Shown here: positions 1 through 10,148 of the stretch, piece after piece
How the letters are laid out: the number at the start of each line of letters is the position of its first letter
Position numbering within the stretch: position 1 is the stretch's first letter
Assembly: GCA_963796275.1 (NCBI GenBank)
Contig: CAWCKY010000006.1
Coordinates: 928,001-992,000, forward strand
Source of the DNA: an uncultured Acidobacteriota bacterium
Lineage (GTDB): Bacteria > Acidobacteriota > Blastocatellia > RBC074
Direction of reading: 5' to 3'
DNA: 64,000 nucleotides
Translations under genes and position numbers: made by a program
Notes under the pieces: generated by a model
Databases searched by the model: none
Seen by the model: the letters and a program-made list of their open reading frames with translations, nothing else
Told to the model about the DNA's origin: nothing

Positions 1-551
1 GGACTTCAACGGCAAAAATATCGCTGAGATTACGAAGATCGTGAAGAAAAAGAGCGACGTCGACGCTCAGGCGGAGCAAGTAATCGACATTTGGCTGGCC
101 GGAGGTGCGCAGATGGTTCTGCACAAAATGTCGGAGGGCGATGTCGAGCGAATTTTCAAGCAGCCCTTCACTATGGTCGCGGCTGATGCCGGTGTGATCG
201 ACGCCGGCAGCGCCGAGCATTCCTCATCCGCGCGGGTTCGGCAATAATGCGCGCGCCCTCGGCGTTTATGTCCGCGCGAAAAAGCTGATCGGCCTCGAAG
301 AGGCGATCCGGAAGATGACCGCCTTGCCTGCCCAGACCTTCAATCTTTGGGATCGCGGCCTGCTGCGTCCGGGGATGGCGGCCGACCTGGTCCTCTTCGA
401 TGAGAAGACAGTGATCGACCGCGCGACATTTCAAGACCCGAAACAATACCCATCAGGTATCGATTATGTGATCGTCAACGGTAAGGTCGTGATCGATCGT
501 GGCGCGCACAACGGCGCCAAACCCGGCAAGATTTTAAGGAGACTCCGATAA
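1..551 (+). pseudogene. N-acyl-D-amino-acid deacylase (D-aminoacylase) family amidohydrolase, 3' part, with one apparent frameshift near 195-221
   Basis: The frame from position 2 reads DFNGKNIAEI...HKMSEGDVERIFKQPFTMVAADAG. The family motif PHPRGFGN...LEEAIRKMTALPA...RGLLRPGMAADLVLFD...GIDYVIVNG continues in another frame from 222. May be an assembly indel. Confidence 0.8.
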
Positions 552-764
552 TCGATCGCAGGATCACGTGAGCGGATAAACGGCAGATGGAGTACCCTGA
601 CGTAAACGGATTTTTAGCTTATAGTCGCTGTGCTCTATTCCCCGGTCTCGGGGAATCAGGCGGTTCGGCTCTTGCGTCACATCTTCTTTCATCGCTACAC
701 TGAACCATCATTCCGACAAAGAGACTGAGAAATCTGCCTCATCTTCTCGCTCATTAACGAAACA

Positions 765-2762
765 TTGAAAAGGTTAATTGTGAAACTCCCTGGTTTGTTG
801 CTATTGCTGTTAGCAGGTTCGCTGCTCGTATTCGCCGACTCCGGTCGTAAGCGACCGATGGAATTTGAAGATCTCGTCGGTCTGAAGCGCGCAAGCGATG
901 CGCAGATTTCACCTGACGGGCGCCGCGTCGCTTTCGTCCTTACTTCGTGGGACCGTGAAAACGACCGGTTCAATCCTGATATCTGGCTCACCGATGACGC
1001 GCGCCAGCCGCCGATCCAGCTGACCGCGCATGCGAGGCGCGACGATCAACCGAGATGGTCATCCGACGGGCGCCGCATCGCTTTCCTCTCCGAAAGGGCG
1101 AATGACTCCGGTTCGACCGGCGCGCAAATCTTTCTTCTCAACTTACTGGGCGGAGAGCCCGTACAACTTACCTCGCATAAATCGGCGATTCAATATTTCG
1201 AATGGTCCCCGGATAACCGCTATATAGCTTTCATAGCCGAAGAACCGCGTGAAAAGTCGAAAACGAAACTACCGATCATAGTTGACGAAGACCAACGACA
1301 CGCACAGCTCTGGATCGTCGACCTCAAAACGCAGGAGGTCCGGCAATTGAGCAAGGGCAAGCGGCATATAGTCGCGTTCGACTGGTCTTCCGATGGGGCG
1401 CAGATAGTCTTCACCGCTCGCTCGACCTCCGGATTGATAGACGCTCCCACGACCGAGGTATATGTCATTCCGTCCAATTTGAAAGCTTCGCCTTATGACA
1501 CGGCTGGCGCGCGGCAGATCACCAACGGCAACGGCGCCGAGTCGGAGCCGAGGTTTTCTCCCGATGGCCGCTGGCTCTCGTATCTCGCCCGCTCCGAAGG
1601 CGAAACGAGCGCCGGGCCGATGCGCATCCACATCGTATCCGCAACCGGAGGCGAACCGCGAATAATGGGGGAAGAGTTCGACGGTCACATCACCAGCCAC
1701 CGGTGGGTCTCAAACGGCCAGCGGATCATGTTTCTCGCGGGATCGGGCGTGAACTCGCGCATTTACGCGGTGAGCCTGCTCGATCAAAAAACGCAGGCGA
1801 TCACCCGCGATGATGGCGTGACGACCGGTTTTTCGATGACGCCAGATGCGATGAACTTCGCGTTTATTCACGAAAACCCGCGACTGGCGAGCGAGGTCGC
1901 ATATCTCAACTCGCGCATTATGATCCCCATCTTCCTGACGCACCTCAACCCGCAGATCGACGAGTTCAACCTCGGTCAAGTCGAGTCGATCAGGTGGAGA
2001 TCGACCGATGGCACTGAGATAGAAGGGTTGTTCGTATATCCCGTAGGATATCAGACCGGAGAGCGGTATCCGCTCTTGACCTACATACACGGTGGGCCTG
2101 AAGGCGCCTACGTCAAAAGCTTCAACGCCGGCTGGAGCGCCTTCCCGCAGATATACGCCGCGCGGGGTTATGCGGTCTTCATGCCGAATTTTCGCGGTTC
2201 ATCAAATTACGGGACGAGGTTCGCTAATGCGAATACCAAACGAGCAGGCAAAGTCGATTACGAGGACGTCATGAGCGGTATCGACGATCTGATAAAGCGC
2301 GGCATCGCCGATGAGAACAGGCTGGCGGTCGCCGGATGGAGTTACGGCGGATATTTGAGCGCGTGGATCATCGGCCACACAGACAGGTTCAAATGCGCCG
2401 CATACGGCGCCGGTTTGACGAACGCGGTATCGTATTGGGGGACTGCCGACATCGTCGCGCAGCGCGAGCGTCTGCACGGCGGAACTCCGTGGGAAGCGCG
2501 CCAAATGTTTGATGAACAATCGCCGTTGACTTACCTGACCAAGGTCAAGACGCCGACCTTGATATTTCACGGTGAGAAGGACGAGCGCGTTCCCGCGAGC
2601 CAATCACAGGAGACCTATCGCACGCTCAAACGCCTGGGCGTGACGGCGCAGCTTGTTCTTTATCCGGATCAAGGCCACGGCTTGACGATGCCGAGTTATC
2701 AAATTGACAAGATGCGGCGGGAGTTTGCCTGGATTGAAAAATATGTCAACAAAACCCCGTGA
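765..2762 (+). CDS. Secreted S9 family peptidase (acylaminoacyl/dipeptidyl aminopeptidase)
   Basis: Signal peptide, PD40/TolB-like propeller repeats (SPDGRR), IHGGP, GWSYGG nucleophile elbow, HGEKDERV and GH catalytic motifs. Confidence 0.92.
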   Translation: MKRLIVKLPGLLLLLLAGSLLVFADSGRKRPMEFEDLVGLKRASDAQISPDGRRVAFVLTSWDRENDRFNPDIWLTDDARQPPIQLTAHARRDDQPRWSSDGRRIAFLSERANDSGSTGAQIFLLNLLGGEPVQLTSHKSAIQYFEWSPDNRYIAFIAEEPREKSKTKLPIIVDEDQRHAQLWIVDLKTQEVRQLSKGKRHIVAFDWSSDGAQIVFTARSTSGLIDAPTTEVYVIPSNLKASPYDTAGARQITNGNGAESEPRFSPDGRWLSYLARSEGETSAGPMRIHIVSATGGEPRIMGEEFDGHITSHRWVSNGQRIMFLAGSGVNSRIYAVSLLDQKTQAITRDDGVTTGFSMTPDAMNFAFIHENPRLASEVAYLNSRIMIPIFLTHLNPQIDEFNLGQVESIRWRSTDGTEIEGLFVYPVGYQTGERYPLLTYIHGGPEGAYVKSFNAGWSAFPQIYAARGYAVFMPNFRGSSNYGTRFANANTKRAGKVDYEDVMSGIDDLIKRGIADENRLAVAGWSYGGYLSAWIIGHTDRFKCAAYGAGLTNAVSYWGTADIVAQRERLHGGTPWEARQMFDEQSPLTYLTKVKTPTLIFHGEKDERVPASQSQETYRTLKRLGVTAQLVLYPDQGHGLTMPSYQIDKMRREFAWIEKYVNKTP

Positions 2763-2899
2763 GCGAATTTCACGAGGATGCAAAAAGGCAAAGGTGGGCT
2801 CCCACTGATACCGCAAACCGCGGTTATCGGTCGAGACACCGTAAAAATCCGGTTCTGCATCTTTGGTCAATTGGGCTTTTTGGGTTCCAATTCCCGGCT

Positions 2900-3034
2900 T
2901 CAAATAAGCGCACAGGTAGAGACCAATAAGCGGCCAAGCCGGCTGCAAATTTTGGCGATCGTGTCGCCCGTCTTGTCGAGTCCGTCTCCGGCAGCTCCAC
3001 CGATACGGACTATTACTTCTTTGTTTGCGATCAT
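2900..3034 (-). pseudogene. Truncated N-terminal remnant of a 2-oxoacid:ferredoxin oxidoreductase alpha subunit (KorA-like)
   Basis: The minus strand from ATG 3034 gives MIANKEVIVRIGGAAGDGLDKTGDTIAKICSRLG, with GLYLCAY continuing in a shifted frame, then similarity ends. Resembles the IGGxxGxG N-terminus of KorA. Shorter than the ORF-track cutoff. Confidence 0.7.
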
Positions 3035-3225
3035 AGGCAGAGTGCTCTGAATGTAGGGCAGGTTTGGTAACCCGCTACTTGTGATGAATTATGGGCAAGC
3101 TAGGACAGCCACCCTATCATTTCACAAGGGAATCCACCCAAACTTCGGCCTACTGGTCAAACTATTCCATCTTGGGTAGAATTCCTGTTTAGTTCTTCCC
3201 TCGCTCATCAAGTCAGGAGAATCTT

Positions 3226-4461
3226 TTGATGTCTGCAGAAAAATTGGCAATACTGGTCGGTGGCGGCCCTGCTCCCGGCATCAACTCGGTCATCTCTGCT
3301 GCAACGATCAAAGCGATCAATGAAGGCTTCGAGGTATTAGGAATTCAGGACGGCTTCAAGTGGCTGGTCAGGCGCGATGTTTCACACGTGCGCACGCTCA
3401 GCATCGATGACGTCTCGCGCATACACCTGCGCGGCGGTTCGATCCTCGGCACAGCACGGGAAAATCCGACCAAATCGGAAGAGTCGATGCTAGCCGTCGT
3501 CGATACGCTCAGGTCGCTGGGCGTCACGCGACTCGTCACTATCGGCGGCGACGATACGGCATTGTCTTCGAGCACGGTGGCGGCTCGCTCTGACATCCGG
3601 ACGGTTCACGTGCCGAAGACGATCGATAACGATCTTCCGCTGCCCGCGCATATTCCGACATTCGGGTTTCAGACGGCGCGTCACGTCGGCGTGGAGCTCG
3701 TGCAGAATCTGATGGAGGACGCGCGAGCCACTCGGCGCTGGTACATCATCGTCGCGATGGGCCGGCAGGCGGGGCACCTGGCGCTGGGCATCGGAAAGGC
3801 CGCGGGCGCCACGCTGACGCTGATTCGCGAAGAGTTCGAGCAGGAGACGGTCCCCTTCGCCCGCATCTGTGACATCATCGAAGGCGCGATCATCAAGTTG
3901 CGCGCGCTCGGCCGGCCTTACGGAATAGCGGTCCTCGCGGAGGGGCTGATCGAAAAGCTTGATCCGAACGAGCTGAAGGAACTTCAGGATGTCGAGCTGG
4001 ATGACCACGGCCATATCCGTTTCGCCGAAGTCGATCTGGCGCGGAAAGTGAAGGTCGAGCTCGAAGGACGATTCAAGCAGCGCCATATCCGCATCACGAT
4101 CAGCAATAAAAATATCGGATACGAATTGCGCTGCGTCGACCCGATCCCATTCGATATGGCGTATTGCCGCGAACTCGGCAATGCCGCGATCCGTTTTCTC
4201 GTGAGCGGCGGCAGCGGCGCCATGGTCAGCATCCAGAACGGTAAGTTGGTACCCCTATTGTTCGCCGACATCCGCGATCCCAAGACGGGAAAGACGCGCG
4301 TGCGCAACGTCGATATCAGGGGCGAAAGTTTTCGCGTCGCGCGCGAGTATATGCTGCGGCTGGAAAATACGGATTTTCAAAATCCTCACTGGCTCGATAA
4401 ACTGGCGCATGCGGGTAACATCAAGGTTGATGAATTGAAAAAGAGATTTTTGAGTAGTTGA
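3226..4461 (+). CDS. pfp: Pyrophosphate-dependent phosphofructokinase (PfkA family)
   Basis: GGGPAPGIN, GGSILGTAR, TIGGDD (Asp typical of PPi use), PKTIDND, MGRQAGHLA, GYELRC; RBS AGGAG upstream. Confidence 0.88.
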   Translation: MMSAEKLAILVGGGPAPGINSVISAATIKAINEGFEVLGIQDGFKWLVRRDVSHVRTLSIDDVSRIHLRGGSILGTARENPTKSEESMLAVVDTLRSLGVTRLVTIGGDDTALSSSTVAARSDIRTVHVPKTIDNDLPLPAHIPTFGFQTARHVGVELVQNLMEDARATRRWYIIVAMGRQAGHLALGIGKAAGATLTLIREEFEQETVPFARICDIIEGAIIKLRALGRPYGIAVLAEGLIEKLDPNELKELQDVELDDHGHIRFAEVDLARKVKVELEGRFKQRHIRITISNKNIGYELRCVDPIPFDMAYCRELGNAAIRFLVSGGSGAMVSIQNGKLVPLLFADIRDPKTGKTRVRNVDIRGESFRVAREYMLRLENTDFQNPHWLDKLAHAGNIKVDELKKRFLSS

Positions 4462-4465
4462 TATA

Positions 4466-4572
4466 CGTGATAGGTGATAATTGATAGTTGATAGTTCGTA
4501 TAAATTGTTGCCACAGCGTTTACGAACTAACAACTAACAACTAACAACTAACAACTATAATTATCAATTAAA
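4466..4572. repeat. Heptamer-armed palindromic intergenic element, (TTGATAG)n-core-(CTAACAA)n
   Basis: ttgatag ttgatag ... ttcgtataaattgttgccacagcgtttacgaa ... ctaacaa x4 ... tatcaatt. Confidence 0.85.
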
Positions 4573-4578
4573 TGAATT

Positions 4579-5826
4579 ATGGCTATTAAAAGACTCGGCA
4601 TTTTGGTCGGCGGCGGTCCCGCACCCGGAGTAAATGACGTCATTGCCGCAATCGCGCTGAAGGCGCACGATAACGGTTGCACGCCGATAGGTTTTCACGA
4701 TGGATTCGAGTGGTTGGCGGACCGCTACACCGACGAACAGCATGAGCTGACGGTTGATGAGGTATCCCGCATTCACCTTGACGGCGGCTGCATACTCGGT
4801 ACATCGCGGACGGATATCACGCGCAACCCGCAGAGATTGGAGAATGCGGTTGCGGCGCTCAAGAAACTCGAGATCGAGGCGCTGGTTACCATCGGAGGTG
4901 ACGATCTCGTCGCCAGTTCGCGCGCGATCGAGCAGAGCTCGGAAGGCGCCATCAAGGTTGTGCAGATACCCAAGAGCATAGACAACGATCTGCTATTGCC
5001 CGGGCCGACCACGACGCTCGGGTACGAAACGGCGCGGCATGTCGGGGTGGCTATTGTAAAAAGCCTCATGGAAGATGCGAAGACCACGGGACGCTGGTAT
5101 ATCGGGGTGACCATGGGGCGACCGACCGGCCATCTAACGTTGGGCATCGGCGCGGCGGCCAGTGCAACCTGCACCATTATTCCGGAAGAGTTTCCGCAAG
5201 ACAGAATATGTCTCGCCGACATTTGCGATATCGTCGAAGGCTCGATCATCAAGCGCCGCGCGATGGGCAAAGGTTACGGCGTAGTGCTTTTGTCCGAAGC
5301 GTTATCGGAGCATTTCAGCCCTGAAGAGGTGACCGAGTTGCAGACTGTCGATCGCGATGCGCAGGGACAGATTCGCGTAGCCGAGATCGATCTCGGCCGA
5401 AAGGTGAAGAGCGAAGTGCAAACGAGGCTCGAGAAGCGCGCGATTAAGATTACGCTCGTCGACAAGACTATCGGATACGAACTGCGCTGCGCGCCTCCGA
5501 TCCCTTACGATGCGGAGCACGCGCGCGACCTCGGTTATGTAGCGGTGAGTTACTTGCAAGCCGGTGGCTCCGGAGCGATGATCACAATGCAAGACGGGGA
5601 GTTCACACCGGTTCTTTTTAATGATGTGATCGATAACAATACCGGGCGAGGCCGGCAGCGGCCGGTTGATATTACAACCGAAAGCTATCAGGTGGCTCGC
5701 GACTACATGGTTCGCCTCAATGCGAAAGATTTTGGGGAAGCGGGCTGGGTCGAGGAATTGGCGAAAGCGGCAGGATTGAGCGTTTCGGAGTTTAAAACGC
5801 GATTCGCCAAACTTGGCCAACCATAA
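4579..5826 (+). CDS. Second, divergent PPi-type phosphofructokinase paralogue
   Basis: GGGPAPGVN, TIGGDD, PKSIDND, MGRPTGHL, GYELRC; colinear with the upstream paralogue over its full length. Confidence 0.87.
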   Translation: MAIKRLGILVGGGPAPGVNDVIAAIALKAHDNGCTPIGFHDGFEWLADRYTDEQHELTVDEVSRIHLDGGCILGTSRTDITRNPQRLENAVAALKKLEIEALVTIGGDDLVASSRAIEQSSEGAIKVVQIPKSIDNDLLLPGPTTTLGYETARHVGVAIVKSLMEDAKTTGRWYIGVTMGRPTGHLTLGIGAAASATCTIIPEEFPQDRICLADICDIVEGSIIKRRAMGKGYGVVLLSEALSEHFSPEEVTELQTVDRDAQGQIRVAEIDLGRKVKSEVQTRLEKRAIKITLVDKTIGYELRCAPPIPYDAEHARDLGYVAVSYLQAGGSGAMITMQDGEFTPVLFNDVIDNNTGRGRQRPVDITTESYQVARDYMVRLNAKDFGEAGWVEELAKAAGLSVSEFKTRFAKLGQP

Positions 5827-5849
5827 AAATAACATAAAGGAGTGAATAA

Positions 5850-6419
5850 TTGAAAAAAAGCACCATTATATCGATGCTTGGCGTGCTGGCGAGCTTCGTG
5901 ATTCTCGCTGGCTTGACTTTCGGTCCACGCACATCTGGTAAGGCAATAGTCGAGGCGCAGGGTTCCTCGCCCAACAAAGCCATCGCTGTGCTCTATCCGA
6001 CCGAGGGGAACAAAGTTCGCGGCTGGGTCACTTTCACCAGAGATGGTGACAAGGTCAAAGTCGTCGCTGAGATCGATGGGCTTACGCCCGGCAAACACGG
6101 CTTCCATATCCATGAATTCGGTGATTGCAGCTCGAAAGACGGCGGCGCGGCGGGCGGGCATTTCAATCCTGCCGGAAAATCGCACGGCGCACCGACTGAC
6201 GCGAACCGTCACGAAGGAGACCTCGGCAATATCGAAGCCGGTCAAGACGGCAAGGCGCGCGTTGACCTCTCTGACTCTGCGTTGCAACTCGATGGGGCCG
6301 GCTCGATCATCGGTCGTGGTGTGATAGTCCATTCGAATGCCGATGATTTGAAGACACAGCCGACGGGGAACGCCGGTGGACGCCAGGCTTGCGGAGTCAT
6401 CGGTGCGGCCAAACCGTGA
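5850..6419 (+). CDS. sodC: Exported Cu/Zn superoxide dismutase
   Basis: Signal peptide; HGFHIH, GGHFNP, RHEGDLGNI, IIGRGVIVH, GNAGGRxACGVI. Confidence 0.96.
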   Translation: MKKSTIISMLGVLASFVILAGLTFGPRTSGKAIVEAQGSSPNKAIAVLYPTEGNKVRGWVTFTRDGDKVKVVAEIDGLTPGKHGFHIHEFGDCSSKDGGAAGGHFNPAGKSHGAPTDANRHEGDLGNIEAGQDGKARVDLSDSALQLDGAGSIIGRGVIVHSNADDLKTQPTGNAGGRQACGVIGAAKP

Positions 6420-6421
6420 AA

Positions 6422-6530
6422 ATAATGGATGATGAGATAATTGATAATTGATAATTGATAATTTCGTAGACACTGTGGCAACAATATAAACACATTATCA
6501 ATTATCGATTATCCATTATCCATTCCAATT
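6422..6530. repeat. Heptamer-armed palindromic element, (TTGATAA)n-core-(TTATCNA)n
   Basis: ttgataa x3, core ttcgtagacactgtggcaacaatataa, then ttatcaa ttatcga ttatcca ttatcca. Confidence 0.85.
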
Positions 6531-6553
6531 GCCGATTTCCAGGGAGTTTATAA

Positions 6554-8269
6554 ATGAGACCTCTCCTACGCATCGGTCTTTTTCTCTCGTTCCTTAGCCC
6601 ACTAGTATTCGCACAGGCCACAAACCACAGCCCACGAAATTCTTCGATCAGCGGACGTGTTACTGTCAGCAACAGTCCGGCGGCCAACGTCAAAGTGTCG
6701 GCCTTGGAAATTAAAGGCGATGACGGATCGAACGGTTTTTCCGTGGCGGGACTGAGTCCGGTTGAAAGACAAAGCTCCACAGCCACAACGGATGCCGAGG
6801 GGCGCTATCGCATCACCGGGTTGCCGGATGGGAGATTCACGGTGAGGGTTGACTCGGCCACTTTTGTGCCCGACGGAGAGGGAGGCGGAAAATCGCGTAC
6901 GGTCGTCGTGGATGACAATGAAGAGGCGAAAAATATCGACTTCTCTCTTATTCGAGGCGGCGTAATCACGGGACGCGTCACCGATTCCCAGGGCAGACCA
7001 GTTATAGCCAGACAGGTGAGGTTGCAAAAAATCAACGAACAGGGCCAGAAGCGGGATTACAACGGGCAGTTCGGTTTTGACAACTCGACCGACGATCGCG
7101 GAGTTTATCGCCTCTATGGTTTACCTCCTGGTCTTTACATTGTCAGCTCGGGCTCTTCGTTATGGGGGAATACGGGCCGCAAATTCCCGACCACATACCA
7201 TCCCGGGGTATTGAGCGAAGATCAGGCTGCGATCATCGATGTTAGAGAGGGTAGCGAGATGACCGGCGTAGACATAGCTATGGCCAGCGAATCCGCGGGG
7301 TACGAAGCTCTGGGCCGGGTGATAGACTCCGAGTCGGGGACCCCGATACCGCAAGCGTCATTGATGTGTTTCGGCATCGGAGAAGAGGGCAAAGGCGGTG
7401 TCACAGGTTTCAACGGTAATGCCAAGACCGATGCCCAGGGGAACTTCAGGTTCGCCGGCCTGCCTGCCGGTCGTTACTCGCTTGCGCTCTCTCCCGATAT
7501 GGATTTCCTGACCGGTGGAATTGAATATTACATTGATGAAACTACTTTCGAGGTCGCCAACGGCAATGCAGCCGGTATAGAAGTTCGGGCTAAGCGGGGA
7601 GGGTCCATCACTGGCGTTGTGGTGGCGGACAACAACACCGCTCCCGCGCTGCGAAATAAGCTCGGTCAAATGGTGCTCTCCGCCTCCGTCTCCAGAAAAG
7701 AAGGCCAGACATCCGCGTTAAATCTCTTCTCGGGCCAAAGAACTGCCAAAATAGGCGGTGATGGTAAGTTCCGCATTTCGGGGCTATCGGCGGGAGAAGT
7801 GGAGTTCGGATTCTTTACTCTGACCGGTGGCAATCCTACCGTAGCACGCGTTGAACGGGACGGCGGCGAAATTCGCGGTAAGCTCGAGATAAGACCGGGA
7901 GAGGCGATCACTGGAGTACGAATTGTAGTTGCCTACGGCACAGGGATAATTCGCGGACAAGTAAATTTCGATGGCGAAAATTTACCGGAGGGATTGCGGA
8001 TTATCGCCACCGCCAATCGGACGGGTGGCGCCCGTGATGGCGGTGGTAGCGAACAGGCCGAGGTCGATAATAAAGGTCGCTTCATAATCCAGGGCCTGGT
8101 CGATGGTGAATATGAAGTGGTGGTTCGGGCGATGGGCAACACGGTGGCTACGCCGGACGCTCTGTATAATTCCGGTTCGTCCCAGGCCAGCCCGAGCGCA
8201 ACTGAGCGTGTGAGAATATCCGGCGGGGGCGAAACACAGGTGACGATCAAACTGAATATTGGTAAATGA
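6554..8269 (+). CDS. Secreted protein with repeated carboxypeptidase-regulatory-like (transthyretin/Cna-B-type) domains
   Basis: Signal peptide; repeated ISGRVT / TDAEGRYRITGLP / GGVITGRVTD / TDDRGVYRLYGLPPG / TYHPG motifs typical of this acidobacterial family. Confidence 0.8.
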   Translation: MRPLLRIGLFLSFLSPLVFAQATNHSPRNSSISGRVTVSNSPAANVKVSALEIKGDDGSNGFSVAGLSPVERQSSTATTDAEGRYRITGLPDGRFTVRVDSATFVPDGEGGGKSRTVVVDDNEEAKNIDFSLIRGGVITGRVTDSQGRPVIARQVRLQKINEQGQKRDYNGQFGFDNSTDDRGVYRLYGLPPGLYIVSSGSSLWGNTGRKFPTTYHPGVLSEDQAAIIDVREGSEMTGVDIAMASESAGYEALGRVIDSESGTPIPQASLMCFGIGEEGKGGVTGFNGNAKTDAQGNFRFAGLPAGRYSLALSPDMDFLTGGIEYYIDETTFEVANGNAAGIEVRAKRGGSITGVVVADNNTAPALRNKLGQMVLSASVSRKEGQTSALNLFSGQRTAKIGGDGKFRISGLSAGEVEFGFFTLTGGNPTVARVERDGGEIRGKLEIRPGEAITGVRIVVAYGTGIIRGQVNFDGENLPEGLRIIATANRTGGARDGGGSEQAEVDNKGRFIIQGLVDGEYEVVVRAMGNTVATPDALYNSGSSQASPSATERVRISGGGETQVTIKLNIGK

Positions 8270-8340
8270 GGATCGGAAGGATCAATTTAATGATTCAGTT
8301 GGTGAAACGGGCAACTGAAAACTAACTATTTCCGGTAGCA

Positions 8341-10113
8341 GTGACAATGCGACAATCAATAATTTTGCCGGCCATTTTTCTGTTGATCTCCACAGTAACG
8401 ACCGTCTTCCCGCAACCATCGGCGACTTTGTCAAGACGATCAGGTGTAATCATTGGCCGCGTCCTGACCGATGACGGACAGCCCGCCGCGGATGCTCAGA
8501 TTATCGCGTTCCCAGCCGGCGGAAAAATAGGCGATCATCTGCAGACGACTTGCGATGAAGAAGGCAATTTCAAACTCACTTCATTGCGATCCGGAGCATA
8601 CTCGATCCAGGCTTCTTCACCGGGTTATACCACGCCGCAGATTTCAACCGACGCGCGCGTTTATCGGGCCGGCGAGAACGTCCTCATCAGTATGGTCAAA
8701 GGCGGTGTGATAACCGGCCGCATCACGGATGCGCAGGGCGAACCGGTAGTCGGCGTGACCGTCCAAGCGCAAAAAATCCGTGATCTCGAGGGCCGACGCG
8801 GATCGCCGTTCTCCAATAACCCCACGGATATCTTCGGCCGGCGTACAGATGATCGCGGGATATATCGCATTTACGGGCTTGAACCCGGCGTTTATCTGGT
8901 CAAGGCCTCCGGCAGCACATCCGCATTCTTTCAGGCGCTCGAAGGAATGGGCACGACGACGCGTGAAACGCCCACCTACTATCCTTCTTCAACTTTTGAT
9001 GCAGCAGTCGAAGTCACGGTCAGAAATGGGGAAGAGCTGACCGGCATCGACATTCGCCATCGCAGTGAGCGGGGTTACGCGGTCAGCGGGACGCTTGTGG
9101 GCGAACTTGAAACCGACAACCTGTTCAACGCCGTCGCGATCGGATTACGAAATCCCGCCAATGGAAATCTGGAGGCGATGTCGGCAGGGCTCGCATCGGG
9201 AAAATTTTCAATCTTCGGCGTGCCGAATGGTGAGTACGAGGTTATCGCGTTTCGCAGCAATGAGAGTAATGATCGGAGCTCATCCGTTCCTCGCCGCGTG
9301 ACGGTGAGGGGAGCTGATGTTGGCGGAATCGAATTGAGATTGCTCAAACTCGGCTCCATCGGTGGACGAGTCATTATCGAGACGGCCGGGGCGATCGAGG
9401 GATGCGCCAAAGAAGAGCCGGCAATTCCCGAGGATATCTCGCTCCGGGCGCAGCGAAGCGAAAAGGGGCAGACCACGACGATACTCGCGGAATTCTCCAT
9501 GGGGTTAGGTGGGGCAATAGATTTAAGTGTGCCGAATGACAAGGGCGAATTCGTTTTGAGGAATCTTGATGCGGGACGGCATCGCATTATCGCCGACCTG
9601 CCTGGTGAAAACTACTACGTTCGCTCGGTCACACAGGCGACCGCTTCGCAGGCGCGGCGAGCGGCGAATGCGACCATGGACCTGACGCGCAACGGCATCT
9701 TACTCAAGCAAGGCGATTCGATCAGCAATGTAAAGATAGTCATCGCGCCGGGAGCCGCAAGTCTCCGGGGCCGCGTCGTTTCCGGTAAAGAGTCGCAAGC
9801 GAATGCGCCCGCGAGACCCAGAATGCGCGTACATTTGATCCCGGCGGAGCCTACGGCGGCCGAAGACGTACAGCGTTATTACGAAGCCGCATTGCGCGCC
9901 GATAACTCATTCGACTTTAAACATCTGGCGCCTGGCAAGTACCTATTGCTTGCGCGCCCGGTGGCGGAGAACGAGCCGGCCGACGTGCCAGATCGCCAGG
10001 TGGCGTGGGATGCGGCAGAGCGTGACAAGCTGCGGCGCGAAGCCGAGGGATTGAAGAATGAGATCGAACTAAAACCCTGCGGGCAAGTGAATAATTACGA
10101 GCTGCGTTTTTAA
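8341..10113 (+). CDS. Secreted carboxypeptidase-regulatory-like domain protein, paralogue of the upstream gene
   Basis: Signal peptide; GGVITGRITD, TDDRGIYRIYGLEPG, TYYPS, LAPGKYLL. Confidence 0.8.
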   Translation: MTMRQSIILPAIFLLISTVTTVFPQPSATLSRRSGVIIGRVLTDDGQPAADAQIIAFPAGGKIGDHLQTTCDEEGNFKLTSLRSGAYSIQASSPGYTTPQISTDARVYRAGENVLISMVKGGVITGRITDAQGEPVVGVTVQAQKIRDLEGRRGSPFSNNPTDIFGRRTDDRGIYRIYGLEPGVYLVKASGSTSAFFQALEGMGTTTRETPTYYPSSTFDAAVEVTVRNGEELTGIDIRHRSERGYAVSGTLVGELETDNLFNAVAIGLRNPANGNLEAMSAGLASGKFSIFGVPNGEYEVIAFRSNESNDRSSSVPRRVTVRGADVGGIELRLLKLGSIGGRVIIETAGAIEGCAKEEPAIPEDISLRAQRSEKGQTTTILAEFSMGLGGAIDLSVPNDKGEFVLRNLDAGRHRIIADLPGENYYVRSVTQATASQARRAANATMDLTRNGILLKQGDSISNVKIVIAPGAASLRGRVVSGKESQANAPARPRMRVHLIPAEPTAAEDVQRYYEAALRADNSFDFKHLAPGKYLLLARPVAENEPADVPDRQVAWDAAERDKLRREAEGLKNEIELKPCGQVNNYELRF

Positions 10114-10148
10114 TCAGATTTTGCCATGGTACTCGCCTCTGTGGCCAA

